A DNA stretch of 64,000 nt from Candidatus Nomurabacteria bacterium. Lineage in GTDB: Bacteria > Patescibacteriota > Minisyncoccia > Phycocordibacterales > UBA5272. This document shows positions 48,493-58,821 of this stretch, one piece after another; the first letter of the stretch is position 1, and each line of letters opens with the position of its first letter. The stretch lies in assembly GCA_028286645.1 (NCBI GenBank), contig JAQBRF010000004.1, forward strand, positions 91,501-155,500, read 5' to 3'. The notes beneath the pieces are model-generated. The model was not told the DNA's origin, did no database searches, and was given only the letters and a program-made list of their open reading frames with translations. Made by a program: the position numbers and the translations under genes.

Positions 48493-49113
48493 ATGAGTAG
48501 AATTACATGTAAAACTTGCCGTCGTCTAGGAGAATCACTTTGTGGCCGTGAGAAGTGTGCTTTTAAGAAGCGTCCATATGCTCCTGGAAGATTAGATAGC
48601 GAAAGAAAACACAGATCATCGACTTCAGAATATGGAGAGCAGCTTCGTGCAAAGCAAAAGATGCGTATAACCTACGGTCTTATGGAAAAGCAGTTTGCAA
48701 GCTATGTGAAAACTGCCACCGAAAAGCATGAAACAGGCGAAGGCGCAGCTACTCCTTCACTTAAGCTTTCACGAGTTTTAGAATCTCGACTAGACAATAT
48801 GGTTTTCAGATCAGGATTTGCAAATACACGCGCTCTTGCTCGTCAATTAGTTTCTCACGGACATATTGATGTAAATGGCAGAAGAATCAATGTGGCTTCA
48901 CATAAGACTAAAGTAGGGGATGTTCTATCTATCCGTGAGGGTAGTAGAAAGGCTAAAGTGTTCGATGGTCTTGCGGAAAAGTTAAGAGGAATGTCACCAG
49001 ATTATGTGGTGACAGTTAATCCGGACGCTCTTTCGGCTGAAATAAAAGCTGAACTTAGAGAGGTTACAGGAGTATTTGATATCCAGAAAGTTCTGGAATA
49101 CTACTCAAGATAG
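48493..49113 (+). CDS. rpsD: 30S ribosomal protein S4
   Basis: SEYGEQLRAKQK, LESRLDN, ARQLVSHGHI, EYYSR. Confidence 0.98.
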   Translation: MSRITCKTCRRLGESLCGREKCAFKKRPYAPGRLDSERKHRSSTSEYGEQLRAKQKMRITYGLMEKQFASYVKTATEKHETGEGAATPSLKLSRVLESRLDNMVFRSGFANTRALARQLVSHGHIDVNGRRINVASHKTKVGDVLSIREGSRKAKVFDGLAEKLRGMSPDYVVTVNPDALSAEIKAELREVTGVFDIQKVLEYYSR

Positions 49114-49273
49114 CCCTACTTACTAACACATACTTGCATTTTTTGCAATTTCGGGTTAAAATAGTAGGACTTTCTTATAAAGGTGTATATAACGTTTCTT
49201 AAATTAAGCTTAATAAAACTTTTGTAAGCAGCCACAGCGAGCTTCTTACGGAAAATAAACATTTATATTTTAT

Positions 49274-50239
49274 ATGTCTTCACATTCCATTATATTACCT
49301 TCAAAACCTAAAATTGTTAAAGAAGATGCCATATCTGGCGTTTATGAAATCGATGGACTTTATCCTGGGTATGGACACACTCTAGGAAATTCACTTCGTC
49401 GTATTATTTTATCTTCCATTCCAGGAGCCGCTATAACGTCTCTATCAATCGATGGTGTTAAACACGAGTTTTCTGCAATTGATGGTATCAAGGAAGATGT
49501 GATTGCCATTATCCTTAATCTTAAGAAGACCAGATTTAAACTTCATGGCGATGAAGCACAAAAAGCAACTCTTCATATAAAAGGCGGAAAGGTTATAACT
49601 GCAAAAGACATTACTCTCCCGACTCAGCTAGAGGTTTTAAATGATGATCAATATATTTGCGAATCAACTGCCAAGACTGTAGATCTAGCAATTGAAATTA
49701 CAGTAGAGAAGGGACTTGGATATGTGCCACGAGAGTCTCTGCAAAAAGAAAAAGCTGATATAGGAACTATTTTCCTGGATGCTTCATTTACTCCAATTCG
49801 ACGCGTGAGCTACGAAGTGGAAAACATGCGCGTGGGTGACAGAACAGACAATAACCGCTTAAGAATTTCTATAGAAACAGACGGAACGATTACTCCGAAC
49901 GATGCTCTTGTCGGAGCGATCCAGACCATGATCACACAGCTTCAGGCTATAGTCGGATTCCGTCAGGAAGTTATTGACGCTCCACAAGAAAAAGCTTTCG
50001 TGTCTTCTCCGGTTGATTCTGACTCACTTGATACGACAGATGCTACAAAGGTAAAAATCGAAGATTTAGGTCTTTCGACTCGGACAGAAAACGCCCTTGT
50101 TTCAGCTTCAATCCGTACAGCAGGAGGATTAGCACGAAAGAGCGAATCAGATTTACTGTCGACTGATGGTTTAGGAGAAAAAGGAATTACAGAAATTAAG
50201 AAGGCATTATCAGACCTAGGACTTACGCTAAAGGATTAG
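49274..50239 (+). CDS. rpoA: RNA polymerase alpha subunit
   Basis: GYGHTLGNSLRRIILSS, HEFS, LSTRTENAL. Confidence 0.98.
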   Translation: MSSHSIILPSKPKIVKEDAISGVYEIDGLYPGYGHTLGNSLRRIILSSIPGAAITSLSIDGVKHEFSAIDGIKEDVIAIILNLKKTRFKLHGDEAQKATLHIKGGKVITAKDITLPTQLEVLNDDQYICESTAKTVDLAIEITVEKGLGYVPRESLQKEKADIGTIFLDASFTPIRRVSYEVENMRVGDRTDNNRLRISIETDGTITPNDALVGAIQTMITQLQAIVGFRQEVIDAPQEKAFVSSPVDSDSLDTTDATKVKIEDLGLSTRTENALVSASIRTAGGLARKSESDLLSTDGLGEKGITEIKKALSDLGLTLKD

Positions 50240-50282
50240 TAAAAGTCACGAAAAGATGATATAGTAGGTCAACTTATTAAGT

Positions 50283-50636
50283 ATGAAACATCACAAAGCA
50301 TTCAGAAAATTCGGAAGAGAAAAGAACCAGCGCAAAGCCTTTGTGCGCGGTCTTGTGGTGAATCTAGTTCGTCACGGACGGATCGAAACAACTCTTGCGC
50401 GAGCAAAGGAAATTCGTCCTTTAACTGAAAGACTTATTACGCTTGCAAAAGAAGATACTGTTTCAAGAAGAAGACTAGTTGCTTCTCGCATAATGAATCA
50501 GGAATTAGAAACGAAGAAAATTTTCACGGAGTATGCTCCTAAATATAAAGATATAAGCGGAGGGTACACCAGAATACTTAAACTTTCTACCAGACTTTCT
50601 GATGGAGCGGAGAAAGCTATAATCGAATTTGTATAA
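50283..50636 (+). CDS. rplQ: 50S ribosomal protein L17
   Basis: RKFGR, IETTLARAKE, GGYTRI. Confidence 0.97.
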   Translation: MKHHKAFRKFGREKNQRKAFVRGLVVNLVRHGRIETTLARAKEIRPLTERLITLAKEDTVSRRRLVASRIMNQELETKKIFTEYAPKYKDISGGYTRILKLSTRLSDGAEKAIIEFV

Positions 50637-50640
50637 ATAT

Positions 50641-50985
50641 ATGAACCATACCATTGATGCCACAAACAAATCTCTTGGACGTCTTGCTGCAGAAGTCGCG
50701 GCTCTTCTTAATAACAAAAATAGCGTAGCTTTCGTAAAGAATAAAGTAGCGGAAGGAACTGTTACAGTAACTAACGCAAGCAAAATTAAAGTAACAGGAA
50801 ATAAGATGAAGGAAAGCGTCCATAAGTCATACTCAGGATATCCTGGAGGCTTAAAAGAAATGCCACTACACTATGTAGTAGAAAAGAAAGGGTATACAGA
50901 GTTGCTAACTCATGCAGTTAGAGGCATGCTTCCAAAGAATCGACTTCAGGAAGTGCGTATGAAGAATCTAAAAATAGAAGAATAA
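50641..50985 (+). CDS. rplM: 50S ribosomal protein L13 (short)
   Basis: IDAT..LGRLA, SGYPGGLKE, AVRGMLPKN. Confidence 0.95.
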   Translation: MNHTIDATNKSLGRLAAEVAALLNNKNSVAFVKNKVAEGTVTVTNASKIKVTGNKMKESVHKSYSGYPGGLKEMPLHYVVEKKGYTELLTHAVRGMLPKNRLQEVRMKNLKIEE

Positions 50986-50991
50986 TAATAT

Positions 50992-51390
50992 ATGGCAGAA
51001 ACTAGATACATTGAAAATATTGGAAGAAGAAAAACAGCAGTAGCGCGAGTGCGTATTACGCCTGCTACAAAGGGATCATTTATAGTAAATGGAAAAGAGC
51101 TTCATGAGTATTTCCCAGTGAAAGATCTTCAGACAGTTGCGGAAGAGGCTATTTCAAAAGGTGAAGTTACGGAAAAGTACACTATTACAGTACAAGTGGT
51201 AGGTGGAGGCATTCACGCTCAAGCAGAAGCCATTCGTCACGGACTATCACGCTCACTTGTTGAACGAGATGAAGAAGTAAAGAATAAATTAAAGAAGTTA
51301 GGCTTCCTAAAGCGTGATGCGAGAAAGGTGGAACGAAAGAAATTCGGATTAAAGAAAGCTAGAAAGGCGCCCACTTGGTCAAAGAGATAG
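50992..51390 (+). CDS. rpsI: 30S ribosomal protein S9
   Basis: GRRKTAVARV, GGGIHAQA, ERKKFGLKKARKAPTWSKR. Confidence 0.98.
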   Translation: MAETRYIENIGRRKTAVARVRITPATKGSFIVNGKELHEYFPVKDLQTVAEEAISKGEVTEKYTITVQVVGGGIHAQAEAIRHGLSRSLVERDEEVKNKLKKLGFLKRDARKVERKKFGLKKARKAPTWSKR

Positions 51391-51507
51391 TAATATTCTT
51401 TACTTTATCATTCTTGATGCATCCCGATTTTTGTATTTATATTAGTTTGACATTTCTTTAAGTGTGTTTTAGAGTGATCTTAGGTAGCCAAACGCAAAGG
51501 GGACATA

Positions 51508-52011
51508 ATGCTCATCGCACTATACCAAGCCGCTAACATGTATTTTCCGGACTCCAACAAACTCGATCAGCCCTATCGGATATTAGAGAATCGTGAAGAA
51601 CTTTTTTCCCATTCGGAAGTTGCCACATCATGGATGTGGCAACTGTTGCAGGCCATAGACGCCATGATGGATATGCCCATCATGGCGCATGTGGCGATTC
51701 CATATCGAGCGCGGAAGTTTCTCCCTGATTACTGGGGAGTGAAGGTGCTTTTCACGACATTGCCTAAGAATTACCGAAAGGGGTCACTGCCAAAGGTTGT
51801 TAACGAACAAGGAGATCGGCTCGTGCAAAAGCTCCTTGCCCTTCGCTGTGTGGGGAAAGAGATAAGCTGTGATCCGATCAAGCCTGCGGAATATTGGGAA
51901 GAATTCCTGCGCACCGCGCTTCTTGCGGAGAGAGATCGAGTCTTTAAACAAACCGAAGATGAGATCCAAAAAGCCCAAAGCCTCCGAAGTCTGTACAAAG
52001 TAATCAAGTGA
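51508..52011 (+). CDS. Orphan hypothetical protein
   Basis: TTGACA-17-TAGAGT promoter, AGGGG SD, terminator CCGCCCAAgtaTTGGGCGG. Confidence 0.65.
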   Translation: MLIALYQAANMYFPDSNKLDQPYRILENREELFSHSEVATSWMWQLLQAIDAMMDMPIMAHVAIPYRARKFLPDYWGVKVLFTTLPKNYRKGSLPKVVNEQGDRLVQKLLALRCVGKEISCDPIKPAEYWEEFLRTALLAERDRVFKQTEDEIQKAQSLRSLYKVIK

Positions 52012-52164
52012 AGCCAGGCCGCCCAAGTATTGGGCGGTATTTTCTTGACAAATATTTCCGAATGGTTTATATAAATATGGTACCCGAATGAAATGCTATA
52101 CTGACATGACAGAAAGATAGATCGACCCCTAAATAGAATTATAAATTAACCAGATAGTTCATAT

Positions 52165-52803
52165 ATGAATGAAGAAAACAAAGAACAATCTGCAGATGAA
52201 ACTTTTAAAGAAAAGATAGAGCAGGAAAAAGATAATATTGAAGTAACTCCATCGAGCGCCGAGTCGGACGATGTCTCATTTGAAGAAACGGACGAGGATG
52301 GCAATGCTCCGACAGGAGCGGCTGCTATCAAAAAGCTTAGGGAAAAGGTGAAAAGATTAGAAAAAGAGAAACAAGAATATCTGCTTTTAAGCCAGCGCTC
52401 ACGGGCAGATTATGTGAACTTTAAAAAGGAAGTAGAAGAGAAGAGGTCAATAGACCGAAAGTTCGCAGTTAAGAATTTTATAGAAGACCTTCTTCCGGTC
52501 CTCGATGCATATGATATGGCTCAAGCAAATAAAGAAGCATGGGAAAAGGTAGACAAAAATTGGAGGGTTGGCATTGAATATATATTTAACCAATTTACGT
52601 CAATTTTAGAAAAAGAAGGAGTAACACAATTTGGAGAAGTTGGAGAAAAGTTCAATCCGAACACCCACGAAAGCATAGAAATTATAAAAGTTACAGATCC
52701 GAACGAAAGTGATAAAATTGTAAAAGTCTTACAGAAGGGATATAAAATGCACGATACTATTTTACGTCCCGCCCGAGTGCATGTGGGTCATCATGAAGAA
52801 TAA
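52165..52803 (+). CDS. grpE: Nucleotide exchange factor GrpE
   Basis: ADYVNFKK, LLPVLD, FNPNTHE, QKGY, LRPARV. Confidence 0.96.
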   Translation: MNEENKEQSADETFKEKIEQEKDNIEVTPSSAESDDVSFEETDEDGNAPTGAAAIKKLREKVKRLEKEKQEYLLLSQRSRADYVNFKKEVEEKRSIDRKFAVKNFIEDLLPVLDAYDMAQANKEAWEKVDKNWRVGIEYIFNQFTSILEKEGVTQFGEVGEKFNPNTHESIEIIKVTDPNESDKIVKVLQKGYKMHDTILRPARVHVGHHEE

Positions 52804-52845
52804 ACTTAGAAATTATTTATTAGAATTTAGAAATTATTACATACT

Positions 52846-54732
52846 ATGTCAAAAATAATTGGAATAGATCTTGGAACTACAAACTCCGCAGTGGCAATCA
52901 TTGAAGGAGGCCATCCAAAGATAATTGAAAACCTAGAAGGAAACCGTACGACACCATCTGTTGTTTCGGTAAATAAAAATGGCGAAAGAGCAGTTGGGCA
53001 AATCGCTAAGCGTCAGGCAGTTACAAATCCAGAAAACACCATCTATGGAGTGAAACGTTTTATGGGGCACTCATTTACAGATAAAGATGTACAGGATGAC
53101 ATTCCGCGGGTGGCATATAAAATAAAATCTGGGAATGATGGAGGCGTGCTTATAAATTTGGGTGGCAAGGATTCTCGTCCAGAAGAAATAAGCGCGATGA
53201 TCTTACAGAAAATAAAGGCAGATGTAGAAGCGAAACTCGGAGAAAAGATTACAGAGGCAGTTATCACAGTACCTGCATACTTTAATGATGCTCAACGCCA
53301 GGCTACAATCGCGGCAGGTAAAATAGCGGGCCTTGATGTAAAGAGAATTATTCCAGAACCAACGGCTGCGGCTTTAGCATATGGATATAACAGCTCTAAG
53401 AATGAAAAGATTGCCGTGTATGACTTAGGAGGAGGAACATTTGATATTTCCATTTTAGAAGTAGGTGATGGCATTGTGGAAGTGAAGTCAGTCGATGGGG
53501 ATTCACATTTAGGCGGACGCGATATTGACCAAAAGTTTGTGCGATTTATAGCAGAAGAATTTAAAAAGGATCAAGGAATAGATGTTACAAAAGATCCTCT
53601 TGCACTTCAGAGATTAGATGAAGCGGCAGAAAAAGCAAAGCATGAACTTTCAACCCAGGCAGAAACCGAAATAAATATTCCATTCATCACTTCAGGGGCT
53701 GATGGTCCCAAGCATTTGCTTATGAAAGTAACGCGTGCCAAGTTAGAAGAAATAGCCAAGCCTTTTATCGATAGATCGATTGAGATCACCAAACGCGCAC
53801 TAGATAATTCACCATTTAAAAAAGAAGATATCCATGAAATCATCATGGTGGGAGGACAAACACGTATGCCTATGGTTATAGAAGCGGTAAAGGCGCTGTT
53901 TGGTAAAGAACCAAATCGTTCCATTAATCCAGATGAAGTGGTGGCGCTTGGCGCTGCAGTTCAAGCTGGGGTATTACAAGGAGATATTGGGAAAGATATT
54001 ACTTTACTTGATGTGACTCCGCTTACTCTTTCTATCGAAACTATGGGGGGAGTAGCTACGCCGATAGTAAAGAAAAATACAACCATTCCAACTAATGCTT
54101 CACAAGTATTTTCTACTGCTGCTGATAACCAAACTTCTGTAGAAATTCACATCACCCAAGGAGAGCGTCCAATGGCGGCAGATAATAAATCTCTAGGCAG
54201 GTTTATCTTAGACGGCATTCCTCCAGCTCCACGAGGCATGCCACAAGTAGAAGTAACGTTTGATATCGACGCAAACGGTGTGTTAAATGTAACTGCAAAA
54301 GATAAAACTTCTGGAAAAGTTCAGTCAATTAAGATTGAAGCATCGTCTGGGCTTACGGATGATGAGATAAAGAAGATGCAGGCAGATGCTGAAGTTCATG
54401 CGGATGAAGATAAGAAGAAAAAAGAATTCGTTGAATCAAAGAATATGGCCGACGTTCTCGTTCACACTGCAGAGAAAGCTCTTAAAGATGCAGAAGGGAA
54501 AATAGGCGATGACATTAAAAAAGAAATAACAGATGCAATTGAAGAAGTAAAGAAAGCTCAAAATGGTGGAGATACTGAAGTGCTTAAAAAATCCACGGAA
54601 GATCTTTCACAAAAGTTGATGAAGATAGGAGAAGCAATGAAGACTGCGGGGGATAATGCTGCTCCAAATCCCGCACCAGAAAGCCCTACCGATATTCCAG
54701 AAGATAAAAAAGAAGGAGAAACTAAGGCATAA
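52846..54732 (+). CDS. dnaK: Chaperone DnaK
   Basis: [32 protein letters not shown]. Confidence 0.99.
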   Translation: MSKIIGIDLGTTNSAVAIIEGGHPKIIENLEGNRTTPSVVSVNKNGERAVGQIAKRQAVTNPENTIYGVKRFMGHSFTDKDVQDDIPRVAYKIKSGNDGGVLINLGGKDSRPEEISAMILQKIKADVEAKLGEKITEAVITVPAYFNDAQRQATIAAGKIAGLDVKRIIPEPTAAALAYGYNSSKNEKIAVYDLGGGTFDISILEVGDGIVEVKSVDGDSHLGGRDIDQKFVRFIAEEFKKDQGIDVTKDPLALQRLDEAAEKAKHELSTQAETEINIPFITSGADGPKHLLMKVTRAKLEEIAKPFIDRSIEITKRALDNSPFKKEDIHEIIMVGGQTRMPMVIEAVKALFGKEPNRSINPDEVVALGAAVQAGVLQGDIGKDITLLDVTPLTLSIETMGGVATPIVKKNTTIPTNASQVFSTAADNQTSVEIHITQGERPMAADNKSLGRFILDGIPPAPRGMPQVEVTFDIDANGVLNVTAKDKTSGKVQSIKIEASSGLTDDEIKKMQADAEVHADEDKKKKEFVESKNMADVLVHTAEKALKDAEGKIGDDIKKEITDAIEEVKKAQNGGDTEVLKKSTEDLSQKLMKIGEAMKTAGDNAAPNPAPESPTDIPEDKKEGETKA

Positions 54733-54733
54733 A

Positions 54734-54760
54734 AAAGTGGCCGGAGTTTCCGGCCACTTT
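54734..54760. terminator. Bidirectional terminator
   Basis: AAAGTGGCCGGAgttTCCGGCCACTTT. Confidence 0.8.
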
Positions 54761-54770
54761 CTGGTCTTAT

Positions 54771-55238
54771 TCAGAATGGAACATGCATGTACAGGCCGTA
54801 GATCACGTCATGGCCAATAGGGATGATGGCCGGCAGCTCTGGGCAATTGACGAGAGTCAATTTATTGAGCGCTGGATAAAACGAATATTCAATCCATCCC
54901 AGAGGCCTCCGCATGCTGTTACTTCGCCCAGCTACGAATCCGTTAGGACCGCAATTCCCTGTAGACCAGAGTTCCCGGATGGCAGTGCGAAGTTGTACCT
55001 CAAGACACGCAACGGGCTCAAACATCTCTTCCCACAGCTTTTCAATAAGCGCCCCCGAAGTTGCGGGAAATTTGCTGTCCATGCTCCGGATGACTCCGAA
55101 ATAGCCGGCGTCAGTCTGGAAAGACCCATTCGGCTCTTTAAGCTGGAGCACCGGAAATGGCTCAGGGATACGTGCGAGACATTCGGGAAATGGCTCAGGG
55201 AGGGAAAGCTTGGTGAAAGGCAACAGTCGCGAATGCAT
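54771..55238 (-). CDS. Orphan hypothetical protein between dnaK and dnaJ
   Basis: TTGACA-17-TAGGAT promoter, AGGA SD before ATG 55238 (MHSRLL). Confidence 0.6.
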   Translation of the reverse strand: MHSRLLPFTKLSLPEPFPECLARIPEPFPVLQLKEPNGSFQTDAGYFGVIRSMDSKFPATSGALIEKLWEEMFEPVACLEVQLRTAIRELWSTGNCGPNGFVAGRSNSMRRPLGWIEYSFYPALNKLTLVNCPELPAIIPIGHDVIYGLYMHVPF

Positions 55239-55372
55239 ATTTGTCCTATTTCTTTTAATCAGGAAAATCCTGATCTTCAAAACCTATCCTATATAAAGAA
55301 AAGGGGGATGTCAAAATGAAAATAATGATTTTGTTTTAACCGATAAAATATGGTATAACTTCAATATAAACT

Positions 55373-56458
55373 ATGGCTACGAAAAATTATTACGATGTTT
55401 TGGGGATAGATAAAAGCGCTTCGAAAGAGGACATAAAAAAAGCTTTTTATAAGCTTGCTTCAAAGTACCATCCAGATAAAAAAGGAGGTGACGAAGCTAA
55501 ATTCAAAGAAATAAACGAGGCCTACCAGATTCTTTCGGACGAAAAGAAAAGAAAAGAATATGATACATACGGCCAGACATTTAATGGCGCGGGTCCACAA
55601 GGGGGAGGAGGGTTTGGTGGCTTTGGCGGATTTAATGCTTCTGACTTTGGAAATATGGAATTTGATTTCGGAGATCTTGGGGATATTTTCGGCGATATGT
55701 TCGGCGGAGGTTTTGGTGCGCAGAGACAGAAAAGAGGCCGTGATATTTCGTTAGAAATTGATGTTACATTTACCGAAGCCATATTTGGAACAGAAAGAAA
55801 TGTTCTCATATCTAAAGTAAGCACATGCAAGGTTTGTACAGGAACAGGCGCGAAACCTGGAAGCAAAAAGATAACCTGTACTATATGTAATGGCCAAGGG
55901 AAGGTTCATGATGTGAAGAAAACAATAATGGGTAATTTTCAGACAGTGAGAACCTGTGAAGTATGTCATGGCAGTGGTCAGGTTCCAGAAGAAAAATGTA
56001 ATGAGTGCCGCGGAAATGGCGTGGTGAACGCTCGCGAAGAAATAAACATAACTGTACCTGCCGGAATTTCAAACGGCGAAATGATACGCATGTCTCAAAT
56101 GGGGGAAGCGGTGCCTGGAGGAACTCCAGGAGACTTATATGTAAAGATAAATGTTCAATCTCATAAGATATGGAAAAGAGAAGGAAATGATTTAGTTACA
56201 ACTCATGAGATCAAATTAACCGATGCGCTTCTGGGGGTAAAGCATTCTGTGGAGGGGTTAGATGGAAAGATTGATATTGAAGTGCCGGCTGGAGTTCAAT
56301 CAGGTGAGATATTGCGGGTGCGCGGACGCGGGGTTCCTCATGTTCACGAAAAGAATAAAAGAGGAGATGTGCTTGTAAAACTAACGATCGCTATGCCGAA
56401 GAAGTTGTCGAAGAAGGCGATGTCTTATATCGAAGGATTACAGCAAGAAGGTCTCTAA
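55373..56458 (+). CDS. dnaJ: Chaperone DnaJ
   Basis: HPD, G/F region, four CxxCxGxG repeats. Confidence 0.98.
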   Translation: MATKNYYDVLGIDKSASKEDIKKAFYKLASKYHPDKKGGDEAKFKEINEAYQILSDEKKRKEYDTYGQTFNGAGPQGGGGFGGFGGFNASDFGNMEFDFGDLGDIFGDMFGGGFGAQRQKRGRDISLEIDVTFTEAIFGTERNVLISKVSTCKVCTGTGAKPGSKKITCTICNGQGKVHDVKKTIMGNFQTVRTCEVCHGSGQVPEEKCNECRGNGVVNAREEINITVPAGISNGEMIRMSQMGEAVPGGTPGDLYVKINVQSHKIWKREGNDLVTTHEIKLTDALLGVKHSVEGLDGKIDIEVPAGVQSGEILRVRGRGVPHVHEKNKRGDVLVKLTIAMPKKLSKKAMSYIEGLQQEGL

Positions 56459-56577
56459 GCCTTAAAATCATCCAATCTACTTTGTCGAAACTGCTTTTTC
56501 ATCACTCAACGTACGATTTGTACGTTTCTTTCCAAAAATTTGTTTCTTCGCGTATCTCGAATAATTTTATAGCTTAG
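56455..56577. repeat. ~123 bp long-hairpin element, copy 3
   Basis: Terminal IR CTAAGC..TAAAAT/ATTTTA..GCTTAG, apex CAACGTAC-gattt-GTACGTT. Confidence 0.65.
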
Positions 56578-56653
56578 AATTTGTGCAGAACTAAATTTAG
56601 TTTAGATTTTAAAATGAAGCAACCGGGTCAGCCTTACGACTGCCCGGTTCTGG

Positions 56654-57031
56654 TTACCTGCAACGAACCGCTACGGTTCCGCCTGTTATTGACACCACCA
56701 CGAAGCTGACGATTAGTGCCACTCCGAATGCTGTGTCGAGATCTTTCCACTGCATGAGACCGAGGACGCAGCTATCTATGAATAGAGGAAGCACCAGGGT
56801 CACCATGGAGAGGATGATGGCAAGGGCTCCAATTTGGTAGCCCTTCATCACTATGCTCACCCACTTATTGCGAGGGAGATGCAGAAGCTCGAAGAGGATT
56901 ATTCCCGCCGCACATCCGACGAGGTTGATCGGAGTTAGGGGGTGAAAGTCTTTTATCGCAAAGATGTACATGATGTAAATCAAGGTAGACACCATTGCGA
57001 TACGAAGGAACAGCTTCACTTGGTTATTCAT
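56654..57031 (-). CDS. Orphan four-TM membrane protein
   Basis: TTGACA-17-TAGAGT promoter, GGAG SD, hairpin at ~56621-56649. Confidence 0.65.
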   Translation of the reverse strand: MNNQVKLFLRIAMVSTLIYIMYIFAIKDFHPLTPINLVGCAAGIILFELLHLPRNKWVSIVMKGYQIGALAIILSMVTLVLPLFIDSCVLGLMQWKDLDTAFGVALIVSFVVVSITGGTVAVRCR

Positions 57032-57163
57032 GGTTAATCTCCATAGGCAGCCGTGAAAAACAGAGGAAAGGGTTATTTTTACTCTAGGATATGTGTATCA
57101 GTTTGTCAAGTTTAAGTATTCAACTAATTATCAATTATTAATTACTGTGTTAAAATTAATTTT

Positions 57164-58180
57164 ATGTTCTCATTCTTCTCAAAACCAGATACCAGGAAAG
57201 TTCTTGTCTCAGGAATAAAGCCAACCGGACGTCCTCATGTGGGTAATTATTTTGGTGCCATGAAGCAAAATATTGCTTTTTCCAATAGTGGAGACTATAG
57301 AAGTTTTGTATTTATTGCCGATTACCACGCACTTACCACAGTAAAAAATAAGGAAGAATTAAGTAAACAGACTGTGGAAATGGTGGCGGGGTATATTGCT
57401 TGTGGATTGGATATCAATAAAGCGATTTTATTTAAACAGTCAGATGTGCCAGAGCATACCGAGCTTTGTTGGATATTTAATAATATAGTTACAGTCCCAT
57501 ATCTGATGCGAGCTCATGCTTATAAAGATCATGAGGCAAAAGGGAAAGAAGTAAATGCTGGACTCTTTGATTATCCAGTCCTAATGGCTGCAGATATATT
57601 AATGTATGGGGCAGACATCGTACCAGTGGGCGCGGATCAGAAGCAGCACGTTGAATATGCTCGCGATATTGCTGGTTTTTATAACAGAGCTTTTATAAAG
57701 GATAACCGCGAATACTTTAAAATGCCTAAGGAGCTTATCGTTGAGCGTGTCGCAACTATTCCAGGAATTGATGGGAAAAAGATGTCAAAAAGCTATGGCA
57801 ATCACATAGAGTTATTCTGCCCAGAAGAAGAGTTAAAAAAAACCGTGATGTCTATCGTTACTGATAGTTCTTCTCCTGAGGAAAAGAAAAATCCCGATGA
57901 AAATAATATTTATAATATTCACAAACACTTTTTGAGCACAGAAGAGGATTTACTTTTGCGAGCGAAATTTGAAAATGGAGGATATTCGTATAAGCAAGCA
58001 AAGGAGGATTTGCTAGAAACTATTTTCAAATGGAGAAAAGGAAAAATTGATATTTATATGAGGCTTGTTAAAAATCCAAATAAAATTTATAAAATTTTAA
58101 ATAAAGGAGGAAGAATTGCAAAAACCGAAGCGCAGAAGAGAATGAAAGAGGTAAGGAAACAAGTGGGATTAGATTTATAA
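57164..58180 (+). CDS. trpS: Tryptophan--tRNA ligase
   Basis: SGIKPTG.PHVGNYFG, YPVLMAADIL, VGADQKQH, KMSKS. Confidence 0.98.
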   Translation: MFSFFSKPDTRKVLVSGIKPTGRPHVGNYFGAMKQNIAFSNSGDYRSFVFIADYHALTTVKNKEELSKQTVEMVAGYIACGLDINKAILFKQSDVPEHTELCWIFNNIVTVPYLMRAHAYKDHEAKGKEVNAGLFDYPVLMAADILMYGADIVPVGADQKQHVEYARDIAGFYNRAFIKDNREYFKMPKELIVERVATIPGIDGKKMSKSYGNHIELFCPEEELKKTVMSIVTDSSSPEEKKNPDENNIYNIHKHFLSTEEDLLLRAKFENGGYSYKQAKEDLLETIFKWRKGKIDIYMRLVKNPNKIYKILNKGGRIAKTEAQKRMKEVRKQVGLDL

Positions 58181-58225
58181 AAAGAAAACGCCCGTAGGCG
58201 CCATAAAGGGTCTTTATATGTGCTT

Positions 58226-58711
58226 TTAAACCTTGCACATACCGCAGGTGATTGCCTCAAGCATTGCCGCAATCCACGCGTTGGTATTTTCCGCTAAAGT
58301 GGATTTTTTGATGATCCGATCTTTAGGAAAGTCTTTGAGCATTGTCCGGATGAGTTCGGGTGGGTGATGTGTAAAGATGATCGTTGGCAGCCGGAGCGGT
58401 TGGATTCTCTTGACGAGCCCAATACCTCTTGCTTCATCTTCCTCGTAGAACTTATGCTCGAGGCTACCCACGGCCGGAGAGATGTCCTTGCTGCGTTCGT
58501 CATAAGGAATCTCGAGGCTGGTGGAAATCGTAATCACCTTCCTGGTGTCCACGACTTCAATCGCACCGACGTAAGATTCTCTTGCGAGTACTTCGGCTTG
58601 GATCTCTCGCTTCTCAAGCTCGCCCATTAAACGTCGAACGATGCTAATTCGGAATGTGGGACTTCCGTATTCCACTACGAGAACTGCAGGTATAGTTCCT
58701 GCCTCATTCAT
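58226..58711 (-). CDS. Orphan protein, possibly degenerate receiver-like fold
   Basis: VLVVE...LPTIIFT...IIKK pattern; TTGACT-17-TAGTTT promoter, GGGAG SD. Confidence 0.55.
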   Translation of the reverse strand: MNEAGTIPAVLVVEYGSPTFRISIVRRLMGELEKREIQAEVLARESYVGAIEVVDTRKVITISTSLEIPYDERSKDISPAVGSLEHKFYEEDEARGIGLVKRIQPLRLPTIIFTHHPPELIRTMLKDFPKDRIIKKSTLAENTNAWIAAMLEAITCGMCKV

Positions 58712-58821
58712 TGCTGTCTCCCTGATCAGGTTTATAATGACTTAAATATAAACTACAACTTTTAATCACGTAAGTCAAGTTATCTTCATATAATTCATAT
58801 ATTTGTTATAATAGAAAAACT

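Noticed and set aside
52012-52164. Possible CIRCE operator upstream of grpE-dnaK
   Set aside because: No TTAGCACTC-N9-GAGTGCTAA found and no hrcA in the window
54783-55319. 178-aa plus-strand ORF between dnaK and dnaJ
   Set aside because: The opposite-strand ORF has the promoter, SD and terminator; long shadow ORFs are expected in GC-richer DNA
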